NCBI GenBank assembly: GCA_035511075.1
Contig: DATKFW010000150.1
Span: 26,960 to 90,959 of the forward strand
Direction of reading: 5' to 3'
DNA length: 64,000 nucleotides
From: Vulcanimicrobiaceae bacterium
GTDB taxonomy: Bacteria; Verrucomicrobiota; Verrucomicrobiia; Limisphaerales; Palsa-1400
The notes beneath the pieces are model-generated. The model was not told where the DNA came from. It made no database searches and saw only the letters and a list, made by a program, of their open reading frames with translations. Positions 8,638 to 18,573 of the stretch are shown one piece after another. The stretch's first letter is position 1. The number at the start of each line of letters is the position of its first letter. Position numbers and translations under genes: made by a program.

Positions 8638-11022
8638 ATGAAATGCCGTCGTTGTTTGTTCGTTGTGCTGCTCGTTATGTCCGGGGTCGATCGCGCATCC
8701 GCCCAGGGCACGGCCTTTACGTATCAGGGCAGCTTGAACGCCGATGGCACGCCGGCCAATGGCTTGTTTGACTTTGAGTTTTCCTTGTACCCGAATGCGG
8801 AGGCCAGCGGCGTCAAGGTTGGCAGCACAATAACTGAGACGGGCATCGGCGTGACCAACGGCCTGTTCACCGTCACTCTTGACTTTGGGGCTGTCTTCAC
8901 CGGCAATGACACGTGGCTGGCCATCAGCGTGCGCAGCAACGGCGTTGGCAGCTACACGGGCCTGATGCCGCTGCAGGAGCTTACGCCCACGCCATACGCG
9001 GTGTTCGCCAATACGTCCAGCAATGTTTCCGGGACGGTCGCGGCCGGACAATTAAGCGGGATAGTTCCGCTGGCGCAATTGCCGGGCGCCTTGGTGACGA
9101 ATAATGAAGCGGGCGTGGCATTGGTGAGTTTGACCCTTAGCAGCAATTTGACTCTGCCCTCGCCGGCCACGGTTGATTCGGGAGGCAGTAGCCTGTTGCG
9201 CGTTGACGCCAATAACAATTTCTACGCGGGTCCCGGCGCGGGCAGTCTGAGCAATACCGGCGGGGCCAATACGGGGATAGGGTATCAGTCGCTGCAGAAC
9301 GCGGCGAATGGGAACAACAACACGGCCATTGGCTATCAATCGCTTAACAACGACACCAACGGCTCCGACAATACGGCCAGTGGCGAACGGGCACTTTTTG
9401 CAAACACGAGCGGCAATGACAACACGGCGGACGGACGCCATGCGCTTTTCTCCGACACCAACGGCAACGACAACACGGCCAGCGGCTATGAGGCGCTTTC
9501 CTTGAGTACGGGAGGCTCGAACAACATCGCGTTGGGGTATCAGGCTGGCAACAATTTTGCGGGGAACGAAAGCAGCAACATAGACATCGGCAATCCTGGA
9601 GTGTCGGGTGATAATAAAACCATCCGCATTGGAAGCGGGGAGACCAACACATTCATCGCGGGTGTCATCAACGGCGACGGCGGGGGCTTGACCAATCTCA
9701 TCGCCGCGCACTTAAGCGGCGCCGTTTCGCTGGCGCAATTGCCCTCGGCAGTGGTAACGAACAATGAAACGAACATTACGCTGGGGAATTTGACGCTGGG
9801 GGGCAATCTGACGTTGCCGTTGCCAGGCACTATTTATTCCGAGGGCGTCAGTCTTTTCTACAATGACGGGAACGGAAACTTTTTTGCCGGTTTCCAGGCG
9901 GGAAATCCGGGCACAAGCGGTTCCTACAACTCGGCGACCGGATCCAGCGCGCTTTCGCTCGACGAAAGCGGCTCCTACAACACTGCCAATGGTCATTCCG
10001 CCCTGAGCGAGAATACGACCGGCGGCGCAAACACGGCCGTGGGGAACTTTGCGCTATACGACAATACAAGCGGTTCTCAAAACGTGGCCATTGGCGCATC
10101 GGCGCTTGAAAACAGCAAGACCGACAGCAGCCTGGTGGCGGTTGGTGATCAAGCCCTGCAGAACGACAATGCCAGCGGCAAAGGTTATTTTTCGCAAACG
10201 GGCGAGAATACGGCCATTGGCTATCAAGCCCTCCAGGCGGACGCGGTCGGCGCAGGCAATAGTGGCCTAGGGTATCAAGCCCTACAGGAGAACAAGTCCG
10301 GCGACCTCAACACGGCCATCGGCGATCACGCCCTTCAGACCAACATGTCCGGTACGGCGAGCACGGCGGTTGGCGCGGCTGCGCTGGCCAACGCGATTGG
10401 CTCCGATAACACGGCGCTTGGGATTTCAGCGGGCCTCGACGTCACCAATGGCGAGCATAACATTTACATTCGCAACTTAGGCGTTGACGGCGACACCGGA
10501 ACCATCCGCATCGGGGAACCGACTCTTCAGACTGGCAACACCCTAATCGCCGGCATTTGGGGCACCGTACTGCCTGCGGATGGGATGGCCGTCTATGTTG
10601 GACCCGACGGCCACCTTGGCACGACGGTCGGGAACAATTCCTACACTCCAACCATCGGCGACGGGACACATAATTTCGCGACGACGACGCAAATGGGTTA
10701 TTACACGAAAGCGGGCAATTTGGTTTACTTCGAGATCTGGCTTCAATGGTCAGCCGGCCGGGGATCAGCCACATCCGGGGATGACTTGCAAATCAGCCTG
10801 CCTCCGGGTTTGTCGGTGGTATCACAACGGGTCGCTTTCCCGATGGGATTTACCAGCGGCATCACCTTTGGCAACCAACTCACGGCCGGGGCATATAATG
10901 GGCAATCGGATCTCCAATTATACAGTCTTTCCAATTCTGGCGGGACAGCGTCGGTTGTGACCGTGAGCGATTGCTCCACCAGCGGCGAGCTTCAAATCTC
11001 AGGATCTTACCGATGGCAATAG
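8638..11022 (+). CDS. Secreted adhesin/fibre-like repeat protein (YadA/Hep_Hag-like NTAIGxxAL repeats)
   Basis: Start reassigned to ATG 8638 (signal peptide MKCRRCLFVVLLVMSGVDRASA|QGTAFTYQG). About 14-aa repeats NTAIGYQSL / NTAVGNFAL, internal duplication, Asn/Gly/Ser/Thr-rich. Confidence 0.8.
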   Translation: MKCRRCLFVVLLVMSGVDRASAQGTAFTYQGSLNADGTPANGLFDFEFSLYPNAEASGVKVGSTITETGIGVTNGLFTVTLDFGAVFTGNDTWLAISVRSNGVGSYTGLMPLQELTPTPYAVFANTSSNVSGTVAAGQLSGIVPLAQLPGALVTNNEAGVALVSLTLSSNLTLPSPATVDSGGSSLLRVDANNNFYAGPGAGSLSNTGGANTGIGYQSLQNAANGNNNTAIGYQSLNNDTNGSDNTASGERALFANTSGNDNTADGRHALFSDTNGNDNTASGYEALSLSTGGSNNIALGYQAGNNFAGNESSNIDIGNPGVSGDNKTIRIGSGETNTFIAGVINGDGGGLTNLIAAHLSGAVSLAQLPSAVVTNNETNITLGNLTLGGNLTLPLPGTIYSEGVSLFYNDGNGNFFAGFQAGNPGTSGSYNSATGSSALSLDESGSYNTANGHSALSENTTGGANTAVGNFALYDNTSGSQNVAIGASALENSKTDSSLVAVGDQALQNDNASGKGYFSQTGENTAIGYQALQADAVGAGNSGLGYQALQENKSGDLNTAIGDHALQTNMSGTASTAVGAAALANAIGSDNTALGISAGLDVTNGEHNIYIRNLGVDGDTGTIRIGEPTLQTGNTLIAGIWGTVLPADGMAVYVGPDGHLGTTVGNNSYTPTIGDGTHNFATTTQMGYYTKAGNLVYFEIWLQWSAGRGSATSGDDLQISLPPGLSVVSQRVAFPMGFTSGITFGNQLTAGAYNGQSDLQLYSLSNSGGTASVVTVSDCSTSGELQISGSYRWQ

Positions 11023-11160
11023 AAGCCTAACGCGCCGTCCCCTACTTATCAGATCGGTTCCAACCCTTTTTTGAGCGAGGCGCGTACCTGCACACGGTTT
11101 GGATCGGTGGCGCGGTTGACGGCGGCGAAAAATGCCTGCGCGCTTTGGCGGAGTTCACGA

Positions 11161-11188
11161 TTGACTCAATCAAGACCGGTGCTATAAA
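11161..11188 (+). promoter_or_regulatory. Putative sigma70 promoter
   Basis: TTGACT-N16-TATAAA with extended TG, just upstream of GTG 11202. Confidence 0.5.
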
Positions 11189-11201
11189 GCGCGCACCCGC
11201 T

Positions 11202-12800
11202 GTGAGGATCGATAAACGAATCGTGGAGAGCCGCACCCCGTCATGGAAAAATGAAGGTGGGGTGTTCGCGTTGCAGATCGCTGGGCTGATCGTGGCCGGA
11301 TGGTTTTTCCGGGAGGCGCTCAACCCGGATGGGGTGGCCTACTTGCAGATTGCCTCGCACTACGGGCAGGGCCGGCTCGGGCTGGCCATTTCCGGGCACT
11401 GGGGGCCGGCGCTTTCGTGGTTGATGACGCCGATGTTGATGGGGGGCGTTCCGCCGCTTGCCACGGCGCGCGCGGTGATGGCGTTGTCAGCCATCATTTT
11501 TCTTTTGGGGTGCCGGCGGATATTTTGCCAGGCAAAACTTGGAGGATTGCATTATTGGGGCCTGTACACGATGGCCATGCTTTCGATCCCGTGGTCGGTG
11601 GAGATGATCACGCCGGATTTGCTGCTGGCTGGCGTCATTCTATTCGCGTTTGCCGAAATGGTTGACAGCCGGTGGTGCGTCCGGCCTGGAATGGCGTTTG
11701 CCAGCGGTGTGTTGTGGGGGCTGGCGTATCTGGTCAAAGCGGTCGGCTTGCCGCTGGGAATACTGACGTGCCTGGGAATGGCTGTCTTGTGGCGGCGGAA
11801 AAATCCGGGGGCGCAATCGGAAATCGCGCGCGGCGCCGGGCTGACTCTGGCGGGCCTGCTACTGGTGGCCGGCCCCTGGGTGGCAGTGCTGTCCTGGCAT
11901 TACGGGAAGCTGACCGTCTCCACCAGCGCCAGCCATAATCATGCGCTGGTGGGGCCGTCGGTGGCCACAGCAGTGCATCTGCTGGATGAGGGATTTCGCA
12001 AGCCGGAACCGGGACGCATCACGACATGGGAGGATCCGTCGCTGCCGTACCCGGATTGGTCGCCATGGAAGAGCTGGGGAAACGTGGAGCACCAGATAGA
12101 AGTCATTTTGCATAACACGCCGATTGTCCTGTACATTCTGACCCGTATCAGCCTGGCCTTTCCGATCGTGGTGGCGGCCGTGCTGGCGCGGCGGGGGAAG
12201 TTCCAAACCAATCCGGACGATGGCGTCCGCCGCATTTGGTTCCTGTTGCCGGTGGCGGCGCTGGGCGTGATCTATCTGCCCAATTATCTGATGCCGGAAG
12301 AGTTGCGATATTTTTACGCGGCGGCGCCGCTGTTGTTCGTGGGCGGGGCGGCGCTGCTGTTGTGGGAGTGGTCGCGTCGGCGGTCGTGGAAGCATCGCTA
12401 TGGCGCGTGGTTGCTTGCCGGTTCGCTTTTGTTTCCGGCGTTTGCGCGGTTCGCTTTTTACTCGGGGCAATCGTGGTTGCCTGGCGGATGCGCGGAAGTC
12501 CTTGCGCAAAGGATGAGCCGCGCCGGTCTGGCAGGCCCTTTGGCGGGCAACGGCTGGTTCGCGGGAGGGCGGGCGGGGCTTTACACGGCTTTTTTTCTGG
12601 GCCAGCCGTGGCTTGGCGACGAAATGACACCGAGCGCCGCGGATTACGAGAGGAGCGGGGCCAGTTTGATCGTCGTCAATCGCAGAAGCGCGGTCGCGCA
12701 GGAGCTGGCGGAGGACGGGTCATTTCGGAATCTGGACGGGCTTTTGTTTTCAGAGTGGGAATCCAGACATTTCCCGCTCCAGGTGTTTGGACGGAAGTGA
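11202..12800 (+). CDS. Multi-pass membrane protein, GT-C (ArnT/PMT, GT39/GT83-like) glycosyltransferase-like
   Basis: Acidic first loop LNPDGVAY, later TPDLL, GLAYLVKA and ELRYF; about 12 TM segments. Start uncertain (11145/11202/11223). Confidence 0.65.
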   Translation: MRIDKRIVESRTPSWKNEGGVFALQIAGLIVAGWFFREALNPDGVAYLQIASHYGQGRLGLAISGHWGPALSWLMTPMLMGGVPPLATARAVMALSAIIFLLGCRRIFCQAKLGGLHYWGLYTMAMLSIPWSVEMITPDLLLAGVILFAFAEMVDSRWCVRPGMAFASGVLWGLAYLVKAVGLPLGILTCLGMAVLWRRKNPGAQSEIARGAGLTLAGLLLVAGPWVAVLSWHYGKLTVSTSASHNHALVGPSVATAVHLLDEGFRKPEPGRITTWEDPSLPYPDWSPWKSWGNVEHQIEVILHNTPIVLYILTRISLAFPIVVAAVLARRGKFQTNPDDGVRRIWFLLPVAALGVIYLPNYLMPEELRYFYAAAPLLFVGGAALLLWEWSRRRSWKHRYGAWLLAGSLLFPAFARFAFYSGQSWLPGGCAEVLAQRMSRAGLAGPLAGNGWFAGGRAGLYTAFFLGQPWLGDEMTPSAADYERSGASLIVVNRRSAVAQELAEDGSFRNLDGLLFSEWESRHFPLQVFGRK

Positions 12801-12883
12801 AGCGGCTTCGGGTGGGTTTGAACGGCTCTGATTGAATTTGCCCGACAGGGGAATGTCCGTTACACTAAAGGCAAAGCAAGGTT

Positions 12884-13216
12884 ATGTTGGAAGAGACGAT
12901 TTCAAAAATTGAGACCCGGATTGAAAATTCCGCCGCGATTGACGATTCGCATCGGGTCGAATTGCTGAAATTGCTCGGACAACTCAAGACCGAAGTCGGC
13001 GAACTCTCAAAAACCCACCACGAACAGGCAGAAAGCATTGCATCCTTCGCTGAGATTTCGGCGCGTGAAGCGACGCGCGAAACGCCGAATCCCCAATTGA
13101 TTGGACATTCCATCGGCGGCCTTGAATCGTCGGTCGATGGATTTGACAAGAGCCATCCGGGCCTGGTGGCGGTGGTTAACCGGATCGCCAGCATGCTGGC
13201 AAACATGGGAATATAA
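12884..13216 (+). CDS. DUF4404-like helical protein
   Basis: C-terminus FDKSHPGLVAVVNRIASMLANMGI matches the FE.SHP.L...L..MGI pattern of this family. Confidence 0.8.
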   Translation: MLEETISKIETRIENSAAIDDSHRVELLKLLGQLKTEVGELSKTHHEQAESIASFAEISAREATRETPNPQLIGHSIGGLESSVDGFDKSHPGLVAVVNRIASMLANMGI

Positions 13217-13248
13217 GAGAGGGCCGGCGGGGCAACACGAAGGAGCGG

Positions 13249-14217
13249 ATGAAATTTCTCAAGGTTATTTGGATGGGCATCTGGAGGGTGGTGTTCGGCA
13301 TAAAAAGGGTCTTCGCGGGCAAAGACCGCGACACGACGCGAAACACGAAGCTGGTCCTCAAGGGGCACCACGCGCAGATGCTCGCCGCGGCGCGCAAAGG
13401 CAGTGTCGAGGCCCAAATCCAATTGGCAACCTGTTATTCCGATGGGGACGGCGTCGAACAGAATTATGCCGAGGCCGCACATTGGTTCGGCGAAGCCGCC
13501 CGACGCGGAGACCAGCGTGGACAGTTTAGTGTCGGGATTTGTTACGCCAACGGCCAGGGCGTGGCGCAGGATTACGAGGAAGCCGCCGAGTGGTTCCGGC
13601 TCGCCGCCGAACAGGGCAATACCGGCGCGCAAGTCAGCCTGGGTCTTTGCCTGCAAAAGGGCCTCGGGGTCTTTGCCAGTATGGATGAGGCTGCACGATG
13701 GTTCCGACGCGCGGCCGAGGGCGGCGACCCGGCCGGGCAGGTCAGCCTGGCGTCATGCCTGCAAGCGGGCCGGGGCCTGCCCAAGGACGAAGTCGAAGCC
13801 GTTAGTTGGTTTCGCAAGGCGGCCGACCAGGGATTGGGCGAAGCGGAATATAATTTGGGCAAGTGTTGCCAGGACGGCCTGGGCACCGACATCGACGCCG
13901 AGCAGGCGTACAAATTGTTTCGCGCCGCTGCCGAAAAAGGGCTGGCGCAGGCGGAATTTGAACTGGCGCTTTGCTGCTTTTATGGACGCGGCACGGAGAT
14001 AGATCTTGTGGAGGCCTACACGTGGATGAGCCTGGCCACCCGTCGCGCCATTCCCAACGGCGCGGAGATGCTGAGGGAATGGAAGAAGGAAATGTCTCCC
14101 AAACAAATCGAGGAGGGCGACCGCCGCGTCGCCCGATGGGCGTCCAGCCAGCCAACAGGCGGCGCGGAACCTCTCGATCTTGAAGAGGAAGTGGAAGCGA
14201 AATTTCCGACGCCGTGA
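13249..14217 (+). CDS. Sel1-like repeat protein
   Basis: About 6 repeats of AQxxLGxCYxxGxGVxxDxxEAxxWFxxAAxxG. Confidence 0.92.
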   Translation: MKFLKVIWMGIWRVVFGIKRVFAGKDRDTTRNTKLVLKGHHAQMLAAARKGSVEAQIQLATCYSDGDGVEQNYAEAAHWFGEAARRGDQRGQFSVGICYANGQGVAQDYEEAAEWFRLAAEQGNTGAQVSLGLCLQKGLGVFASMDEAARWFRRAAEGGDPAGQVSLASCLQAGRGLPKDEVEAVSWFRKAADQGLGEAEYNLGKCCQDGLGTDIDAEQAYKLFRAAAEKGLAQAEFELALCCFYGRGTEIDLVEAYTWMSLATRRAIPNGAEMLREWKKEMSPKQIEEGDRRVARWASSQPTGGAEPLDLEEEVEAKFPTP

Positions 14218-14248
14218 CTTGGCGCCATCGGGCCATGCGGATAAGCTC

Positions 14249-15334
14249 TTAGAGTCCGATCACCTTCAGTACCGCGTCCTTTTGCGGCTCGACAACGATT
14301 GCCTCAAAACCGGCGGCGCGGAACGCGGTGTCCGGGTCTTTGAGGCCGTGTCCGGTCATGGTCGCGGCGATGACGCTCCCTTCGGGGATTTGGCCCGCCC
14401 TGGCGCAATGTATCAGACCTGCAAGGCACGCGGCGGATGCCGGTTCGACAAAGATGCCGTCGGTTCGCGCCACAAGCTTGTAGGCGGAGAGAATTTCTTC
14501 ATCGGTGACCTTGTCAATAAACCCATTGGACTCCTGCAACGCCAGTGTGGCTGCCTGCCAACTTGCCGGATTGCCGATGCGGATGGCGGTGGCGATCGTC
14601 TGGGGATCAGCCACCGGCTTGCCCAACACGATCGGCGCCGCGCCCGCGGCTTGAAATCCGAACATGCGCGGCAGTTTGTCAATTTTCCGGGCGGCATGAT
14701 ATTGGCGGTAGCCCTTCCAATAGGCAACGATGTTGCCGGCGTTGCCGACGGGCAGAAAATGAAAATCGGGCGCGCGCCCGAGTTGGTCGCAAATCTCGAA
14801 GGACGCCGTTTTCTGGCCTTCGATGCGCACGGGGTTTATGCTGTTGACAACTTCGACCGAGGCCTCCTGGCCGACTTCGCGCACGATGCGCAAGGCGTCG
14901 TCAAAATTGCCCTTCACCGCGATGGTGACTGCTCCGTACATCAACGCCTGGGCCATTTTGCCCAGGGCAATATTGCCCTGGGGCAGGAGCACGACGCATT
15001 TGAGTCCCGCGCGCGCCGCGTAGGCAGCCGCGGAGGCGGAGGTGTTGCCGGTACTGGCGCAGATGACAATCTGGGAGCCGCGTTCCCTGGCCTTGGAAAC
15101 GGCCACCGTCATGCCGCGGTCCTTGAACGAACAGGTCGGGTTGAGTCCCTCGTACTTGAGCCACAATTCAAAATTGCCGCCGATGGCGCGCACGAAATTG
15201 TCCGCGCGCACCAGAGGCGTGTTGCCCTCGTTGAGGGACACGACCGGGGTGGCGTCGGAAACGGGCAAATGCACGCGATAGGCGTGTATCACACCGCGCC
15301 AGCCATTGCCTTGTGAGGGGAGGATGGAACTCAT
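14249..15334 (-). CDS. thrC: Threonine synthase
   Basis: EGNTPL, EGLNPTCSFKDRG (PLP Lys), CASTGNTSAS, PVGNAGN, EPASAA, TGHGLKD. Confidence 0.96.
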   Translation of the reverse strand: MSSILPSQGNGWRGVIHAYRVHLPVSDATPVVSLNEGNTPLVRADNFVRAIGGNFELWLKYEGLNPTCSFKDRGMTVAVSKARERGSQIVICASTGNTSASAAAYAARAGLKCVVLLPQGNIALGKMAQALMYGAVTIAVKGNFDDALRIVREVGQEASVEVVNSINPVRIEGQKTASFEICDQLGRAPDFHFLPVGNAGNIVAYWKGYRQYHAARKIDKLPRMFGFQAAGAAPIVLGKPVADPQTIATAIRIGNPASWQAATLALQESNGFIDKVTDEEILSAYKLVARTDGIFVEPASAACLAGLIHCARAGQIPEGSVIAATMTGHGLKDPDTAFRAAGFEAIVVEPQKDAVLKVIGL

Positions 15335-16653
15335 TAATCAAAGCTTTCCACTCGTAACATCACCGGGGGTTCTTTGACCACGGGCAATCTTGCGATTTTT
15401 GCGAGCGCCTTGCGCATCGCGGCATTGGGCGCCTGGTGGCTCATCAAAATCAGCGGCACACTTTGTTTCTCGTGACCTTCTGGCTGGATCACGGAGGAAA
15501 TGCCAATGCGGGACGCGGCCAGAATCGAAGCAACCCTGGCCAGGGTTCCCGGCTTGTCCACGACATTGAGGCGGAGATAGTAGCGCGACACCACCTCCGC
15601 AATGGGCAGGACCGTTCCCTGGTGATCATGCGGGACGAAAGGCGGGATTCGCGCGCAAGTCCCATGCTTCAAATCCAAGGCGGCGTCCGCGATGTCGCTC
15701 ATCACGGCGCTGGCCGTGGCGTCCTTGCCCGCCCCGCGCCCGTAAAAAAGAGTGTCGCCCACAACGTCGCCACGCACGAAGACAGCGTTGAAAACATGAT
15801 TGACGCTGGCCAGAACATGCGCGTCGGGCACCAGGGCCGGATAGACGGAAACCTGAATTGTCTTGGGCTCGCCCGCGGGGCCGCCGTCCGCGGCTTTGAC
15901 GACACCGAGCAGCTTGATGGTGTAACCGAGTTTGGCGGCGAATTCGATGTCGGCGCGCGTGATGGAACGGATGCCCTCAACATAAATCCTGCTCGGAGGA
16001 ACCCAAAAGCCGTGCGCCAGGGAGGCCAGGATGCCGATCTTGTGCTCGGAATCAAATCCGTCGATGTCCAGTGAAGGATCGGCCTCGGCGTAACCGAGAC
16101 GTTGGGCCTCCTGGAGAGTTGGCGCGAAGTCGGACATTTCGAGCTTCATCCGTGTCAAGATATAATTACAGGTGCCATTGACGATGCCGTAGATATGCGT
16201 GATGCGATTGCCGACAAAGCCTTCGCGCAAGGCCTTGATGATCGGGATACCGCCGGCGACGCTCGCTTCGTAATACAGGTTCGCGCGATATTTCTTGGCG
16301 GCCGCGAAGAGTTCCTCGCCGTGCGCGGAAATGAGCGCCTTGTTGGCGGTGATGACGGGCTTGCCCAATTTGAGGGCCGTCAGGATCATCGTTTTGGCCA
16401 GGCTGGTGCCGCCGACCAGCTCAATGACGACATCGACGTTCGGATCGTCGATGAGACCGGCCCAATCGGTGGTCATCAGGGCCGGAGCAATGGGATAAGG
16501 ACGCGGTTCGTCAAAAGCCTTGACGGCGACCTTCGTCAAACTAATTTTTACGCCCAGGCGCGATTCCAGGAGGGGGCCGTTGTGGCGGAGGTGATGGAAC
16601 ACCCCGCTTCCGACCGTGCCACCGCCGATCATGCCAAAATTGACCTGACGCAT
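15334..16653 (-). CDS. hom: Homoserine dehydrogenase with C-terminal ACT domain
   Basis: Start likely ATG 16653. GGGTVG, TANKAL, YEASVAGGIP, NGTCNYIL, GYAEADP, GRGAG, ACT motif DKPGTL. Confidence 0.95.
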   Translation of the reverse strand: MRQVNFGMIGGGTVGSGVFHHLRHNGPLLESRLGVKISLTKVAVKAFDEPRPYPIAPALMTTDWAGLIDDPNVDVVIELVGGTSLAKTMILTALKLGKPVITANKALISAHGEELFAAAKKYRANLYYEASVAGGIPIIKALREGFVGNRITHIYGIVNGTCNYILTRMKLEMSDFAPTLQEAQRLGYAEADPSLDIDGFDSEHKIGILASLAHGFWVPPSRIYVEGIRSITRADIEFAAKLGYTIKLLGVVKAADGGPAGEPKTIQVSVYPALVPDAHVLASVNHVFNAVFVRGDVVGDTLFYGRGAGKDATASAVMSDIADAALDLKHGTCARIPPFVPHDHQGTVLPIAEVVSRYYLRLNVVDKPGTLARVASILAASRIGISSVIQPEGHEKQSVPLILMSHQAPNAAMRKALAKIARLPVVKEPPVMLRVESFD

Positions 16654-16730
16654 AAGAGCGGAGACTCTGGCCAAAAGCCAGCGCTTAAACAACTGAAAAA
16701 CTCCAGTTCGCGGGTCGTGACGCCGCGGTT

Positions 16731-17084
16731 CTAGACCCTGCGCTTGTGAATCATGATCTTGTTACCGTCCGGGTCGGCGATCATCGCACAGCGGCAGACT
16801 GGGGTGTCGAACGTGTCCATCACAATAGTGACATCGCGGGATTTCAGGCGCGCCATTTCGGCATCCAAATCATCGACCTCAAACGCCACGAGCGTCCCGT
16901 CCGCGGACGGCTTCCAATTCGGGTAGGCGCCGATGGCGAAAGTCGCCGCGCCAATGTCGTATTCAATCCAATTGCCGCCGGCTGTTTCGCTCGTGGTTTT
17001 GAGTCCGAGCGTCTCCTCGTAAAACTGGCGCGCGCGTTTGATGTCGGTCACGGGCGCGCCGACAAAAGCAATTTCAGTAATCAT
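16731..17084 (-). CDS. VOC/glyoxalase/bleomycin-resistance family protein
   Basis: Start likely ATG 17084. VTDIKRARQFYEETLGL, AFEVDDLD, ADPDGNKI. Confidence 0.9.
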   Translation of the reverse strand: MITEIAFVGAPVTDIKRARQFYEETLGLKTTSETAGGNWIEYDIGAATFAIGAYPNWKPSADGTLVAFEVDDLDAEMARLKSRDVTIVMDTFDTPVCRCAMIADPDGNKIMIHKRRV

Positions 17085-17286
17085 CCGGAGACATTCTGTC
17101 CAATAATCGGGAATGTCAACCCGGTCGCGCCACGGGGCATCCAAACGGCGCCAATTTATGCTGGAAAGTCGCCCGTCGAGACCGCCGAAAAAGGGCGGCG
17201 GGACGGCTCGGTGTTTGCTTCAATTCGGCTTGCAACTTTTCCATTGCAAGGGGTTTAATGTTGGGTGGCGGTTGTTTGATCGAATT

Positions 17287-18573
17287 ATGGCCCAATTCCA
17301 ATACAAAGCGCGGCGCCGCGATGGCCAGACGGTCACCGGCATCCTGGAGGTCGCCGACCGGGGCGCGGCCTTGATGCAGATTGAACGTCTGGGACTTTTT
17401 CCCATTGCCGTCGAATCGCCCAAAGGGGGCGTCGCCGGCGCCGTTGCGGCCGCGGCCCGTCCCGGTCCGGGCACCGGATCGTGGACGGATTCGCTGCCGC
17501 CGGGCTTGCGCCGTTATTTCAACAGACAGCGCCCGCCCAAGTTACAGGAGCTGGCGACGTTCACCAACCAATTGGCCAATTTGATCAAATCGGGTATGCC
17601 TCTGACGGTGGCCCTCGCCAGCATGGGCCATCTGGAGACCAAAGGAATTTCGGCGGAAGTCAGCCGGCAGCTCAAACAGGATGTCACGGAAGGGAAAGGT
17701 CTCTCCGAGGCGATGGCAAGACAGCCGGTGATCTTTTCCAACCTGTACATCAACATGGTAAAAGCCGGGGAGCAAAGCGGGGCGTTGGTGGATGTATTGC
17801 GGCGAATGGGAGACCATTTCGAACGGTTCGCCGAAGTGCAGGCGAAGTTCAAGTCAGCCATGATCTATCCGATATTCGTCTGCTGCGTGGGAATCGCAAT
17901 CAGCATTTTCTTTATGACAGTGATGCTGCCGAGCTTCCTGACGCTCTTCGACGGCCTGCACGTGCAGCTCCCGTTGACGACGCGCATTCTGATCGGAATC
18001 AACGGGTTCTTTAAACATTGGTGGTGGCTGCTGGTCGGGATCGTCATTGCCATAACCATCGTTTTCAACCGTTTTCGCGCCTCGGAACGGGGGCGCAGAG
18101 CCATCGATGGATGGCGAATCAACGCGCCAGTCTTCGGGAAAGTCATGCGCCTGCACCTGTTCGGACAATTCTCCCGCACACTTTCGACCTTGCTCCACAA
18201 CGGCGTGCCTGTGCTGACGGCACTTGAAATCACCGAACAGATCATTACCAACAGCATCATTCGCGAGGCCATCGCCAAGGCGCGAGTGGACGTGACCGAC
18301 GGCAAGACGCTTGCCCAGCCGCTGGCGCGCAGCAAGATATTCCCGCAGTTGATGGTCGATTTGATCAAGATCGGGGAGGAAACGGGGGACGTGCCCGGGG
18401 CGCTGCACAACCTGGCCGAAACCTACGAGAGCGAATTGGAAATCGGCCTGCGCGTGATGACCAACATGGTGGAGCCGGTGATCATTTGCATCATGGCGCT
18501 GGGAGTGGGATTCCTGCTCATCAGCGTGCTCTCGGCGCTCTTTGCGATCACTTCGAGCATCTCCATGAAGTGA
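17287..18573 (+). CDS. gspF: Type II secretion/type IV pilus inner-membrane platform protein GspF/PilC
   Basis: MAQFQYKA start; FTNQLANLIKSGMPL, MVKAGEQSGAL, SAMIYP, IGEETG, MVEP. Confidence 0.92.
   Translation: MAQFQYKARRRDGQTVTGILEVADRGAALMQIERLGLFPIAVESPKGGVAGAVAAAARPGPGTGSWTDSLPPGLRRYFNRQRPPKLQELATFTNQLANLIKSGMPLTVALASMGHLETKGISAEVSRQLKQDVTEGKGLSEAMARQPVIFSNLYINMVKAGEQSGALVDVLRRMGDHFERFAEVQAKFKSAMIYPIFVCCVGIAISIFFMTVMLPSFLTLFDGLHVQLPLTTRILIGINGFFKHWWWLLVGIVIAITIVFNRFRASERGRRAIDGWRINAPVFGKVMRLHLFGQFSRTLSTLLHNGVPVLTALEITEQIITNSIIREAIAKARVDVTDGKTLAQPLARSKIFPQLMVDLIKIGEETGDVPGALHNLAETYESELEIGLRVMTNMVEPVIICIMALGVGFLLISVLSALFAITSSISMK

Noticed and set aside
8638-11022. Prophage or tailocin suggested by the tail-fibre-like domain
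   Set aside because: The protein has a Sec signal peptide, and no capsid, tail, integrase or lysis genes are nearby.
14180-15316. 378-aa plus-strand ORF
   Set aside because: Antisense shadow of thrC.
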